From: Albugo candida
Taxonomy: Eukaryota
Direction of reading: 5' to 3'
NCBI GenBank assembly: GCA_040437565.1
Contig: JBDOQK010000018.1
Span: 62,001-126,000 of the forward strand
Length of the DNA: 64,000 nucleotides
Of this stretch, positions 48,113-59,429 are shown in pieces. Every line of letters starts with the position of its first letter. The first letter of the stretch is position 1. The notes under the pieces are model-generated. The model saw nothing but the letters and a program-made list of their open reading frames with translations, did not search any database and was not told the DNA's origin. A program made the translations under genes and the position numbers.

Positions 48113-50353
48113 TCAAGTCTCCACATAGCCTCCGTACTTTGAGCAATATCCTTGAAAGTTTGTGCGCTCATTCGAGCAACTATCTGACGACGCAGCGCGA
48201 TATCGAACTCCAGAAAGTATATCTTGCTGGTCTTCAAATGCTTCCTTTGTTGTCGACATCGCATCCAGAGTTGCAAGTCTGGCCCGTTTCGGTGAGTCGC
48301 GAGGGGATTGACTTTTGTGTGAATTCGTTATCGAAGAACGCGGACTTAAGTTTTCCATTCTTCCATATCGCTGTTGTAGAGTCAGAATATTCGCTGGCGG
48401 TTCTTCATTACGATAGCTTCCCGACTGAGAGCTGCCACGTGACCGAATTGAAGTTCGCTCTGTAGGTGAAGCAAATTGGCTTGTACAAGGCTCATTCGGT
48501 GAAGCTAATGGCAGGTAAGGACGCCTGCTTGAGTTCGGAGACTCTTCTAGAACATCTGATGCAAACCCTTCAGCTTCTTCAGCGCTGTGATAACTTTGTA
48601 AGAAAGAGCGCCGGAGGTATCGGATGCGATTTTTTGTCTCAGTTGTGCCCTTCTTGTCTATCTTTGCATCCAAGCCTTCATGTGTTAGATTCAGCTCAGC
48701 GAAAATACCCGTCAGACTCATCACCAAAACCAAACTCGGCATCGTGAGCGGAGTGATCACAAAGAGTGCAAAAAAGGGGAACGAAAGCATAACAGCTAGC
48801 ACAAAAGTGGCGCTGGAGGGGTCCTTCAAAATAGGATAAATCTCCACCAAAGTGACCCAAACCAAGTAGAAAGCTTGCCCGATGGTCGCAATTTGAAACA
48901 AACGGAGCAAAAAGCGAGGAGAACGGAACCAAAACCGGGCATCGTGACAATGTAATTGACGATGACACAATGCGGACATTTGCATTCGTATTACTGAGCG
49001 TACACACAAAGCCACTGAACGGAATGAGGGTCGTGATGGAGGTCCCGATGACTGCCAAACTGTACTCAACCGTTTTTGTATGTCTTGTTTGCTAATTATC
49101 CGCAACCGATCATCGACAATTCCACGCAAAATGTGCAAAACTTTAAAGAAAATGACCAAATTAAGTGAGAAAAATAAACCTCCGATGCCCAAAATGATCC
49201 ATTTGTCTCCTTGCGGGTACGAGGACGGAGCCACACAAATCACTAATAAAATGAAAAACGCGCTGTAATGGAGATGCGAAATGTTATATAATAGATTCCG
49301 CATGCAAAGGACGTGATAATGTTCATAAGTCATTCCATTTGTTCTCTCAGATGTATTATTATTTTGACCATGACCGTCGCGTCGTACGGGTACTTCAAAA
49401 AGCCTTTCCATTTCGCTTGGATTCTTGTAAATGTAACCCGATCGATTCTGACAAATATTATACGCTAAAATCTCTAAACTTTTCCATAATTGCCACTGCT
49501 TCTTCACATTGAATCGGAAAAACCATCCTTCGCGCTTGTATCGATGGAGAAGAAGACTGTATGCACGGGAGCCGCCCACTAGATCGAATCCAGATGGTGG
49601 ACGAGGATGCACAGCAAGGATTGGATTTGCATTGCCAGAGCTTGTGGATGCAGAGTCGATAGTAACAGAGAAACTTTCCGGGTTACAGGGAGCAAATGAC
49701 TGGCGAAAAGGATTGGCGAGTGTGGCTGAGGCTTGATCCCTCATCTCGTCGGCGTTATACCCTGCGTCACGACCCTGTATCCTCCATAATACTCGAGGAA
49801 CAACAGTTCCGATGAATAATAAAAGCAAGACGATCAAAATGGAGTAAATCATTGTGAAAAATACAACGTAATGAAAAAACTCCACAAAGTGTAGCTGTTC
49901 GGTAGCTGTAAGATCATCAAATCGAAAGTCGAGACGAGTCATCAGGCCAGAAGTATTGAGAAAGAAAATTACCATGGAAATAAAACCCATCATCATAATT
50001 TCCTCAAATACGCGATTGACTATCTTTCGTAATTGAGGACAGTTTATTTTATGACGGAGGCATTCTACAAGTCGCTCGACACCAATCGATATTATGATAA
50101 TAACACCAACGAGGAAGATTGCAATCGGTAAATTACCGTTAAGACAATCTGTGTTACCGACACCCAAGAAAGACATTTTATTGTGACAAACAGTTTGTAT
50201 GGCATCATCTTCATCTGCTGCGAGTTGGAGAGGACGAATTTTGGATGCCGCACCTTCTATCTGACGACTGGAGAGATCCAAGGAATCGGTATCGATCGCG
50301 AGAGAACATACGTTGATTAAGAGTACATTGTAGAAGCAAAACATTAGCGACAT
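48113..50353 (-). CDS. MLO-like seven-TM protein (single exon)
   Basis: VFEEIMMMGFISM (cf. MLO KEELMLLGFISL), EQLHFVEFFH..F, HDARFWFRSPRFLL..GQAFYL (cf. FWFxRPxxxL..QNAF) and ITPLTMP; ~7 hydrophobic helices and a Ser-rich cytosolic tail. Confidence 0.82.
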   Translation of the reverse strand: MSLMFCFYNVLLINVCSLAIDTDSLDLSSRQIEGAASKIRPLQLAADEDDAIQTVCHNKMSFLGVGNTDCLNGNLPIAIFLVGVIIIISIGVERLVECLRHKINCPQLRKIVNRVFEEIMMMGFISMVIFFLNTSGLMTRLDFRFDDLTATEQLHFVEFFHYVVFFTMIYSILIVLLLLFIGTVVPRVLWRIQGRDAGYNADEMRDQASATLANPFRQSFAPCNPESFSVTIDSASTSSGNANPILAVHPRPPSGFDLVGGSRAYSLLLHRYKREGWFFRFNVKKQWQLWKSLEILAYNICQNRSGYIYKNPSEMERLFEVPVRRDGHGQNNNTSERTNGMTYEHYHVLCMRNLLYNISHLHYSAFFILLVICVAPSSYPQGDKWIILGIGGLFFSLNLVIFFKVLHILRGIVDDRLRIISKQDIQKRLSTVWQSSGPPSRPSFRSVALCVRSVIRMQMSALCHRQLHCHDARFWFRSPRFLLRLFQIATIGQAFYLVWVTLVEIYPILKDPSSATFVLAVMLSFPFFALFVITPLTMPSLVLVMSLTGIFAELNLTHEGLDAKIDKKGTTETKNRIRYLRRSFLQSYHSAEEAEGFASDVLEESPNSSRRPYLPLASPNEPCTSQFASPTERTSIRSRGSSQSGSYRNEEPPANILTLQQRYGRMENLSPRSSITNSHKSQSPRDSPKRARLATLDAMSTTKEAFEDQQDILSGVRYRAASSDSCSNERTNFQGYCSKYGGYVET

Positions 50354-51100
50354 TCTTAAGTCGTTTACTAGACGAAAATTACAAGATGATCATTGAGGGA
50401 TCCTCCATGTAGAATCAGACGTGAGTAACGGCTCTTTATTTAGAATATAACTGTAACGCTCTGAAAAAAGCGGCTCATCGAGAAGGAATTCAGCAACACT
50501 TTTTGTCTTTGTATCTTCGTACCCTAATTCTGCTATTAGATTCAAAGCCATTCACGTGCAAGCATATACGCAGGTTGAATGTGCATCCTTTAAATCATAT
50601 GGGTTGTTAGACACAGCAAGAGTAGAATCAAACCAGCAAAAATGACCGGTGACGCAAACCGAGTTTCTAATAAAAACGCAATTACTCGATGATGCACGAT
50701 CGCAAGGTCAAACTGCCTTTCTAGCGACTTAGATTCATTCTCCCAAACTTGACTTCAGATTGACAGATATAAAGCGATAAATACGACACAATTAGCGGCT
50801 CCACAACATAGACGGTAAACGGTCGCTCCGCGTTATTCGCGAGTTATCGCAAACTTACTATGCACTCAACGATTTACGTTAAGGAATACTTGCCCGAGAT
50901 GAAAAGCTTCGAGTATATCAAATTGTACAGGAAACGTCTAGTACAATTTTCATGGATTCGGCATCTCGGCTTCCTAACACAGGCTCAGTCTATGAGCGCT
51001 NNNNNNNNNNNNNNNNNNNNNNNNNNNNNNNNNNNNNNNNNNNNNNNNNNNNNNNNNNNNNNNNNNNNNNNNNNNNNNNNNNNNNNNNNNNNNNNNNNNN

Positions 51101-52550
51101 AAGAAGACTGTATGCACGGGAGCCGCCCACTAGATCGAATCCAGATGGTGGACGAGGATGCACAGCAAGGATTGGATTTGCATTGCCAGAGCTTGTGGAT
51201 GCAGAGTCGATAGTAACAGAGAAACTTTCCGGGTTACAGGGAGCAAATGACTGGCGAAAAGGATTGGCGAGTGTGGCTGAGGCTTGATCCCTCATCTCGT
51301 CGGCGTTATACCCTGCGTCACGACCCTGTATCCTCCATAATACTCGAGGAACAACAGTTCCGATGAATAATAAAAGCAAGACGATCAAAATGGAGTAAAT
51401 CATTGTGAAAAATACAACGTAATGAAAAAACTCCACAAAGTGTAGCTGTTCGGTAGCTGTAAGATCATCAAATCGAAAGTCGAGACGAGTCATCAGGCCA
51501 GAAGTATTGAGAAAGAAAATTACCATGGAAATAAAACCCATCATCATAATTTCCTCAAATACGCGATTGACTATCTTTCGTAATTGAGGACAGTTTATTT
51601 TATGACGGAGGCATTCTACAAGTCGCTCGACACCAATCGATATTATGATAATAACACCAACGAGGAAGATTGCAATCGGTAAATTACCGTTAAGACAATC
51701 TGTGTTACCGACACCCAAGAAAGACATTTTATTGTGACAAACAGTTTGTATGGCATCATCTTCATCTGCTGCGAGTTGGAGAGGACGAATTTTGGATGCC
51801 GCACCTTCTATCTGACGACTGGAGAGATCCAAGGAATCGGTATCGATCGCGAGAGAACATACGTTGATTAAGAGTACATTGTAGAAGCAAAACATTAGCG
51901 ACATTCTTAAGTCGTTTACTAGACGAAAATTACAAGATGATCATTGAGGGATCCTCCATGTAGAATCAGACGTGAGTAACGGCTCTTTATTTAGAATATA
52001 ACTGTAACGCTCTGAAAAAAGCGGCTCATCGAGAAGGAATTCAGCAACACTTTTTGTCTTTGTATCTTCGTACCCTAATTCTGCTATTAGATTCAAAGCC
52101 ATTCACGTGCAAGCATATACGCAGGTTGAATGTGCATCCTTTAAATCATATGGGTTGTTAGACACAGCAAGAGTAGAATCAAACCAGCAAAAATGACCGG
52201 TGACGCAAACCGAGTTTCTAATAAAAACGCAATTACTCGATGATGCACGATCGCAAGGTCAAACTGCCTTTCTAGCGACTTAGATTCATTCTCCCAAACT
52301 TGACTTCAGATTGACAGATATAAAGCGATAAATACGACACAATTAGCGGCTCCACAACATAGACGGTAAACGGTCGCTCCGCGTTATTCGCGAGTTATCG
52401 CAAACTTACTATGCACTCAACGATTTACGTTAAGGAATACTTGCCCGAGATGAAAAGCTTCGAGTATATCAAATTGTACAGGAAACGTCTAGTACAATTT
52501 TCATGGATTCGGCATCTCGGCTTCCTAACACAGGCTCAGTCTATGAGCGC
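51101..52550. repeat. Duplicate of 49551-51000 across a 100-N gap (assembly overlap; contains a false second MLO 5' half)
   Basis: The sequence after the gap restarts at 49551 and matches up to the gap edge. Confidence 0.85.
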
Positions 52551-52826
52551 TAGTATCGATACAAGCGCTTCTACTAATATAATGATTTTGGCCTACTGGC
52601 CAATGTATTGCATCTGCAAATTTGTGTGGCACATTTCTCTGTAGATATGTCTATCGACATATGTGCCACACGAATATGGAATGCATTCAAGAACTGATTG
52701 GCTCAAAGACTACTTTCTGTCTTTCACTTACCTACCCTCCTACCACTATGATGCAGCTCATATCGTGACAACCGACTTGATGTGAGAGCGTCACGTTCAT
52801 ACAACTTGAACTCTGACCGCGTCACA

Positions 52827-55336
52827 ATGTCCCAAACAAGGCGATTCCTCAGTCCCGTACTGCCCGTGAGTCCATCTCCCTCATCGGAGGAATCACCTGA
52901 CGCAGCAGGATATCAATCGATGCCAAATGTGTTTGCAGAAGATAGGCGTGAGAATGTCCATTGTCGAATGACTGAGCCGTTTATCAAGCCACCATTTTTA
53001 CAGGCAACTCCTTTATTCAACGCACACAATTCGGGTTTAGAGAGTGCAAGTTCTTATAAAAGTGACCAGGACTCAAAGCACTCATTGAGGAGTCGTAATG
53101 ACACTCAACCAAGAAGCTTGATGCTTTCAAAGCAATGGCTTTCTTCTTTGTGGAATCGCCTGCGAAAGACATGGAATGCATATTCGCTTGGTCTCATTAT
53201 TGTCATCACACTCGCTGCACCCCCGATCGCGGTCGCTGTAGCGTATTCCTTCCAACGTCAAAAGCTTTATATTCACATTCATTGCGCCTATGAGGCGCCT
53301 CAATCACCCGTCATGCCAGTGAGTATACAATTTGGCGCCATGCTATTTATTCCCGTCGCCAATTACATCACCACATGCGCGATAAGCCTTGTCGTTGCGA
53401 TCATGTGCAGTAGCAGCCGGAAGCGCGTCATGAAAGCTGCTTCTTCGGGCCGAATTGTCAATTTAGGTACTCATCATTCGATCATGCAATCCTCAGAATT
53501 CTTACCTGAGCACTTTCTTTCCTAGCATCCACTTTCATGCTACCGTGTTATGAGCTCGTCTGGTACGCAATCGCATTCTTGGCAGCTGTCGGAGTCGTCA
53601 TATCTTGCTCTTCTTTTTCCATCCATCCACACCAAACTGACAAAGTAGTAAATCGACATCAAACCTTTTTTTGGTCTTCTTCTCTATCTCTCATTTGGTC
53701 ATCCCAATGGAAAACTCGCCACACAGTGCGTTGTGACTTGGGAAAATTACCAAGTTTTTGGATTTTGCAAATCTTACCGACACTTATGATGCAGCGATGT
53801 ATCTCTCGTCAGGCCGTACGACGAGCATTGGGATATCCTGTGTTTTGGGTCTCTGTGATTGTAGCGTGTCTTTACACTCCCGTACAGCCTTTCAAGTATG
53901 TGGCAGATGCTTTTTTCATTGGTTTCTATGGCTTTTTGATTGGTATTTACCTTTGGACGAAATTTGTGGTCAAAGTCCGTCCGACGTTTGATTTCTATTT
54001 TTTGCTTGGGACAATTGACGCGCTTTTGCAGTTGGTGCTTCAGATATGCGCAGTGACAGGGCTGATGCATTCCTGGAAAACGACGATACTAAGTTTGCGA
54101 AACATTTCTAGCTCGATTCATGCGCTAGTCATTGTTTCTCTACTGGTCTCGTTGAGAGAAGATACGCGATACTGGCTTGGAATCGATGAGAGTTTAGCCC
54201 CAGGAACGCTGTCACTTGTATCGAACGCCGAGAATCCTCACGGTGTCATCCATTCCCGACGAGAAAGAGCGCGATTTGTACGTGCGTGGATGCAAAAACT
54301 TTCAGAATATGGATACGTCACAAATTGTTCGACACAAACTTCAGTCTACAATGTCCATCAAATGATCGAAGAACATCGTAAAAATGTGATCGACTTTTCC
54401 ACACTTAAACTGGAAGGAATTATCGCTCAAGGTGCCACAGCAGTCGTCATGCGAGGAGTGATGCGAAATGCAATGCAATCTCAGTGCCGACAACAGCCAG
54501 AGACAAACTCAATGACTCGAATGTTCGACTCATCAAAGCCAAAAAGTCGACGGGTAGTGGCCATCGCATTAAAAGTGTACCTCTCTGTCCAAGGAACTGA
54601 CGATGAACTCTATCGCTTTTCACGAGAAACAGCATTAAATGGTCGATTATGTCACCCGAATATTGTTCACTTTTTGGGTCTTTGTGTGATTCCCCCGCTC
54701 ATATCACTCGTGTTTGAATATTGTGATGGTGGAAGTCTTGATCTGACGCTCAAGTCTACTGGAAAATATTGGAGTCTTTCTCAAAAGCTCAAAGCTTGGC
54801 TGGATGCTTGTCGAGCCGTCGCGTATCTTCACTCATTTTCCCCGCCATTGCTTCATCGTGATATTAAAACAGACAACTTCCTGCTGGACAAATACAGTGT
54901 CCTAAAACTCACTGACTTTGGTGAGGCAAATATTCTGCGGCCACGAAGTGACGGTACAATGACCATCACCGGGACAGTGGATTTCATGGCACCTGAGATG
55001 ATTCTGGGCGGTAAAACCGCACGATATGATACGGCTGTAGATATATACAGCCTAATGATCACTTTGTGGCAAATCCTTATGCCAGAACAGAGTCCATGGG
55101 GTAAGAAAACACATTTGGAAGTGTACAACGCTGTCTTAATGGGTGAGCGACCACCGGTTCATTCTTCAAAGATTTCTGACAAATGTGCACAGATCTTACG
55201 CGTTGGCTGGGCACCCGATCCAGCACAACGAGTCTCTGCGCGTAAGATTCTGCCTCTTGTCGAGCAATTGTGGCTCTTATCAATGCATCAGAAGCCTTTA
55301 AAACGGGCCAAACAACTTGAACCGCGTTCGTTTTGA
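52827..55336 (+). CDS. Multi-pass membrane TKL protein kinase (GPCR-TKL-like), 2 exons
   Basis: Intron 53467-53525 joins the two ORFs in frame. About 7-8 hydrophobic segments, then LREDTRYWLG, and a kinase with IAQGATAVV, ALK, HPNIV, HRDIKTDN, DFG and GTVDFMAPE. Confidence 0.88.
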
Positions 55337-56330
55337 TTGCATCGTTGACGGCAAATTCGTTTTATGGTTATGCGGTGTATTTTTCTCCTATTATATTACG
55401 AGGAGATGACGAGTTTGACCTCATCGCTTCGCACGTACAGTCTGAGAAGCTGTGGGTCTCTGCACTTGAAATTGTTGATTGCAGGAACGAGTCGATATGG
55501 GATGCGTATTTAGCACGTGGCATTATATACCTGGTGGTTGAAAAGGTACGAACGAGTATAGAGCTCAAATGAATAAACAGAAAGTTAACAGCCAGAAAGA
55601 TGTAAAAAATGTGCGACGCATAGCTCCATCACCCAAATTTTATACTTCAACCTCGTGTAGAACGACTGTAAAGTTGATCCGATTTCGAGGAAAAGACATC
55701 CGACGCACGAGAGAAAGCCTCGATATCTCAATAACAAAATTATCATACGGTACCGAATTTAAGAAAAAATTGGAAATAGTGTTACTAGAGCCCAAGTAGA
55801 CCAACACTGTTGCATATGAAATTTCTTGGAGCATGGAAAGGATCAATACATCAAAACACATTGATGAAACTCTTAGATGACGTATTTCCGTAATAATTCG
55901 ATTTCAGCATTGATGATATTTCTAGATGACGTTAACGTAATAAATCGATTTGGAGCGAGAAAACCTAGATAGGATGGGTTCAACTTGTCTTGTACACTAC
56001 TACCGACTACGGCTGAATTCTGATCTTTTGAGCTTGAAAGCCTGTTTTCTACACACATTTCCATTCTCTCTCTAACCAACCAAGCACACAAACAAATCCA
56101 CCAGATTCCACAAAAGTATCAACAGGGCGAAGCATTGCTTAGGAGAGAATTTCGTAGAAAAGCTCGCAACCTAAATAACAATTACCATCCGTTTTCGACA
56201 CGTGAATACTACTGCTCGGTTAGCAATGTANNNNNNNNNNNNNNNNNNNNNNNNNNNNNNNNNNNNNNNNNNNNNNNNNNNNNNNNNNNNNNNNNNNNNN
56301 NNNNNNNNNNNNNNNNNNNNNNNNNNNNNN

Positions 56331-57157
56331 AGATGACGAGTTTGACCTCATCGCTTCGCACGTACAGTCTGAGAAGCTGTGGGTCTCTGCACTTGAGATT
56401 GTTGATTGCAGGAACGAGTCGATATGGGATGCGTATTTAGCACGTGGCATTATATACCTGGTGGTTGAAAAGGTACGAACGAGTATAGAGCTCAAATGAA
56501 TAAACAGAAAGTTAACAGCCAGAAAGATGTAAAAAATGTGCGACGCATAGCTCCATCACCCAAATTTTATACTTCAACCTCGTGTAGAACGACTGTAAAG
56601 TTGATCCGATTTCGAGGAAAAGACATCCGACGCACGAGAGAAAGCCTCGATATCTCAATAACAAAATTATCATACGGTACCGAATTTAAGAAAAAATTGG
56701 AAATAGTGTTACTAGAGCCCAAGTAGACCAACACTGTTGCATATGAAATTTCTTGGAGCATGGAAAGGATCAATACATCAAAACACATTGATGAAACTCT
56801 TAGATGACGTATTTCCGTAATAATTCGATTTCAGCATTGATGATATTTCTAGATGACGTTAACGTAATAAATCGATTTGGAGCGAGAAAACCTAGATAGG
56901 ATGGGTTCAACTTGTCTTGTACACTACTACCGACTACGGCTGAATTCTGATCTTTTGAGCTTGAAAGCCTGTTTTCTACACACATTTCCATTCTCTCTCT
57001 AACCAACCAAGCACACAAACAAATCCACCAGATTCCACAAAAGTATCAACAGGGCGAAGCATTGCTTAGGAGAGAATTTCGTAGAAAAGCTCGCAACCTA
57101 AATAACAATTACCATCCGTTTTCGACACGTGAATACTACTGCTCGGTTAGCAATGTA
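56331..57157. repeat. Near-exact duplicate of 55404-56230 across a 100-N gap (assembly overlap)
   Basis: Identical by eye except for one A/G difference (55470 vs 56397). Confidence 0.85.
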
Positions 57158-59429
57158 TAGAACTCTACAAGCTTTATCCATACTTGGTTCTGTGCTTACC
57201 TGCTACACAAACGGCCAATCTCCTGAAGAATTGAGTACGGATGACATTATCGCGAAACTTACTCTCGATGTCGCCCTTGGACAGCTCTTTCAGCTCGAAA
57301 CACCATCGACGATAATGAACGGGCAAGTTGTGGACGAAGACAAACTCTCAACTTTCGCCACGCTTGGTATCGGGTCGTATCTAAACGGTTTTGGTACATT
57401 TGACAAGAACGGAACACAGCAGAATTTGAATGCGACAGAAATACGCAATATTATCAATAAAATAATGCAAATCAGCTTGGACAAGCATCCATATAATCCA
57501 ATTGTCTATGGCATCGATTCAGTTCATGGAGCCAATTATATCGGTAATGCGACGATATTTCCTGCACAAATCAATATCGCATCTACTTTTGATGTGACGT
57601 ACGCACGTTATTTTGGTGCAGTCGCCTCTAATGACACTGCCGCAGCCGGTATTGCGTGGATTTTTGGTCCAGTTGCCGATGTCGCTCATAACCCGCGATT
57701 TCCGCGATTCCAGGAGACCTATGGAGAATGCCCTTTTGTCGTATCTCGCATGGTTGCTGAGACTGTGACTGGCATCCAGCAATCCAAGCTTGTTGCCGCG
57801 TGTGTAAAACACTTCCTCGGCTACGATCAAACCCTCACAGGATACGATCGAACCAATGCGGAAGTCAGCATGTTCAACATCGTCAACACTGTATTGAGAC
57901 CTTTCAAAGCAGCTATCGATGCAGGTACTCTGTCTATAATGGAAAGCTACTCAGCACTCAATTTAATTCCGATGGTCGAAAACACTTTTTGGCTGCGTAA
58001 AGTCCTTCGCGGTGTGCTTCATTTCGATGGTGTGCTGCTTACAGATTACAAAGAAGTACAAAATCTTGTGGACTTTCACTTTACTGCGCACAATTACAGT
58101 CAGGCTTTGAAGCGATCAATCAAAGCCGGTGTTGATATGTCGATGGTTGTCAACTATGACGATGATTGGATCGGAATGTTAAAAACAATTATCAAAGAAG
58201 ACCCGTCTATTCTACCTGATGTGAAGGAATCCATTCGCCGCGTCATAGGGATGAAGCAGAAGCTCCATCTCTACAAGGAGCCCTACTCTGGTATGGATCT
58301 TATCAAACAAGTCGGATCAAAAGAAAGTATTGATATGGCAATCCAAATAGCTAGGGACTCAATTGTGCTCTTACGTAACAATGACCATACGCTGCCATTG
58401 AAAAAAAATGCCAAAATTTTTCTTTCGGGTAATGCCATCGAAAACGCTGGCAGGATGAGTGGAGGATGGAGTCTCGTCTGGCAAGGGCAAGACGGGAATG
58501 ATTTCTTCCCTAATCGGATTACGATTTTGGACGCAATGAAAAAGTATGCAAAAAAACTTTCCTACACCGTGGGTTTGAATATCACGGATCAGTATGATGA
58601 AGAGGAAGTATCAAAAGCTCAACGCATGGCTAAGGCTGCGGATGTGTGTGTTGTCGCCCTCGGTGAGCGACCTGGGACAGAGAAGCCTTTTGACATTGAT
58701 GATCTGGCTCTTCCCTTGAACCAGACCAGATACCTTGATGTGATGAAACTGGCCTGCAAGAAAGTTGTACTGGTCCTGGTGCAAGCCAGACCACGCGTCT
58801 TTGCTGACTCATCTGACATCGGTGCGATCGTCAACACAATGCTCGTAGGACCTTTTGGTGGGCAGGCAATTGTCGAGATATTGATGGGTATGTACAATCC
58901 TAACGGGCGACAAGCGTTTTCGTACACCATGAGAGATGGACTGAGTATGATTCCATACAATGCTCCGGTGGACACGCTATGCGGCTATAGTCCATGTGTA
59001 GCAGAATATCCATTCGGACATGGGCTGTCTTACTCGACGTTTGTCTACTCGAATCTCAGAATCAGCGCACAAAATATCTCATGCAAAGGAGTTCTGAATG
59101 TCGCTGTGGATATAACCAATAAAGGACCTATGGATGGTAAGGAAGCAGTGCTTCTTTTCATACAACAAAAAGTCCGCACGTATGTTCCCGAGATAAAGAA
59201 TCTCCGAGAATTTCAAAAAATATTTCTGCGCGTTGGAGAATCAACGACCGTGAATTTTGAACTCCGAGAAGATGCATGGACGTATTGGTCTCCGGAAATT
59301 GAAGAGGACTTTCGCACTGTGTGTGAGCCAAGCGAATTCTTTGTTGCAATGAAGTACGATACGCTGTGCAAGTTCAAAGGTGTCGAGACCAACGAAATGT
59401 GCGCAAGCTTCAACGTCACATCTGAGTAA
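57153..59429 (+). CDS. Secreted GH3 beta-glucosidase, paralogue 1
   Basis: Signal peptide; YGIDSVHGANY, KHF, MESY, nucleophile LTDY, SIVLLRN, PFGHGLSY and a C-terminal Fn3-like domain. Confidence 0.95.
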   Translation: MYRTLQALSILGSVLTCYTNGQSPEELSTDDIIAKLTLDVALGQLFQLETPSTIMNGQVVDEDKLSTFATLGIGSYLNGFGTFDKNGTQQNLNATEIRNIINKIMQISLDKHPYNPIVYGIDSVHGANYIGNATIFPAQINIASTFDVTYARYFGAVASNDTAAAGIAWIFGPVADVAHNPRFPRFQETYGECPFVVSRMVAETVTGIQQSKLVAACVKHFLGYDQTLTGYDRTNAEVSMFNIVNTVLRPFKAAIDAGTLSIMESYSALNLIPMVENTFWLRKVLRGVLHFDGVLLTDYKEVQNLVDFHFTAHNYSQALKRSIKAGVDMSMVVNYDDDWIGMLKTIIKEDPSILPDVKESIRRVIGMKQKLHLYKEPYSGMDLIKQVGSKESIDMAIQIARDSIVLLRNNDHTLPLKKNAKIFLSGNAIENAGRMSGGWSLVWQGQDGNDFFPNRITILDAMKKYAKKLSYTVGLNITDQYDEEEVSKAQRMAKAADVCVVALGERPGTEKPFDIDDLALPLNQTRYLDVMKLACKKVVLVLVQARPRVFADSSDIGAIVNTMLVGPFGGQAIVEILMGMYNPNGRQAFSYTMRDGLSMIPYNAPVDTLCGYSPCVAEYPFGHGLSYSTFVYSNLRISAQNISCKGVLNVAVDITNKGPMDGKEAVLLFIQQKVRTYVPEIKNLREFQKIFLRVGESTTVNFELREDAWTYWSPEIEEDFRTVCEPSEFFVAMKYDTLCKFKGVETNEMCASFNVTSE

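Noticed and set aside
50990..51904. Second MLO-like ORF
   Set aside because: It matches 49551-50353 and begins at a 100-N gap: an assembly overlap, not a paralogue.
55333..57018. Short ORFs of 66-101 aa occurring twice
   Set aside because: No motifs; the repetition is due to the assembly overlap.
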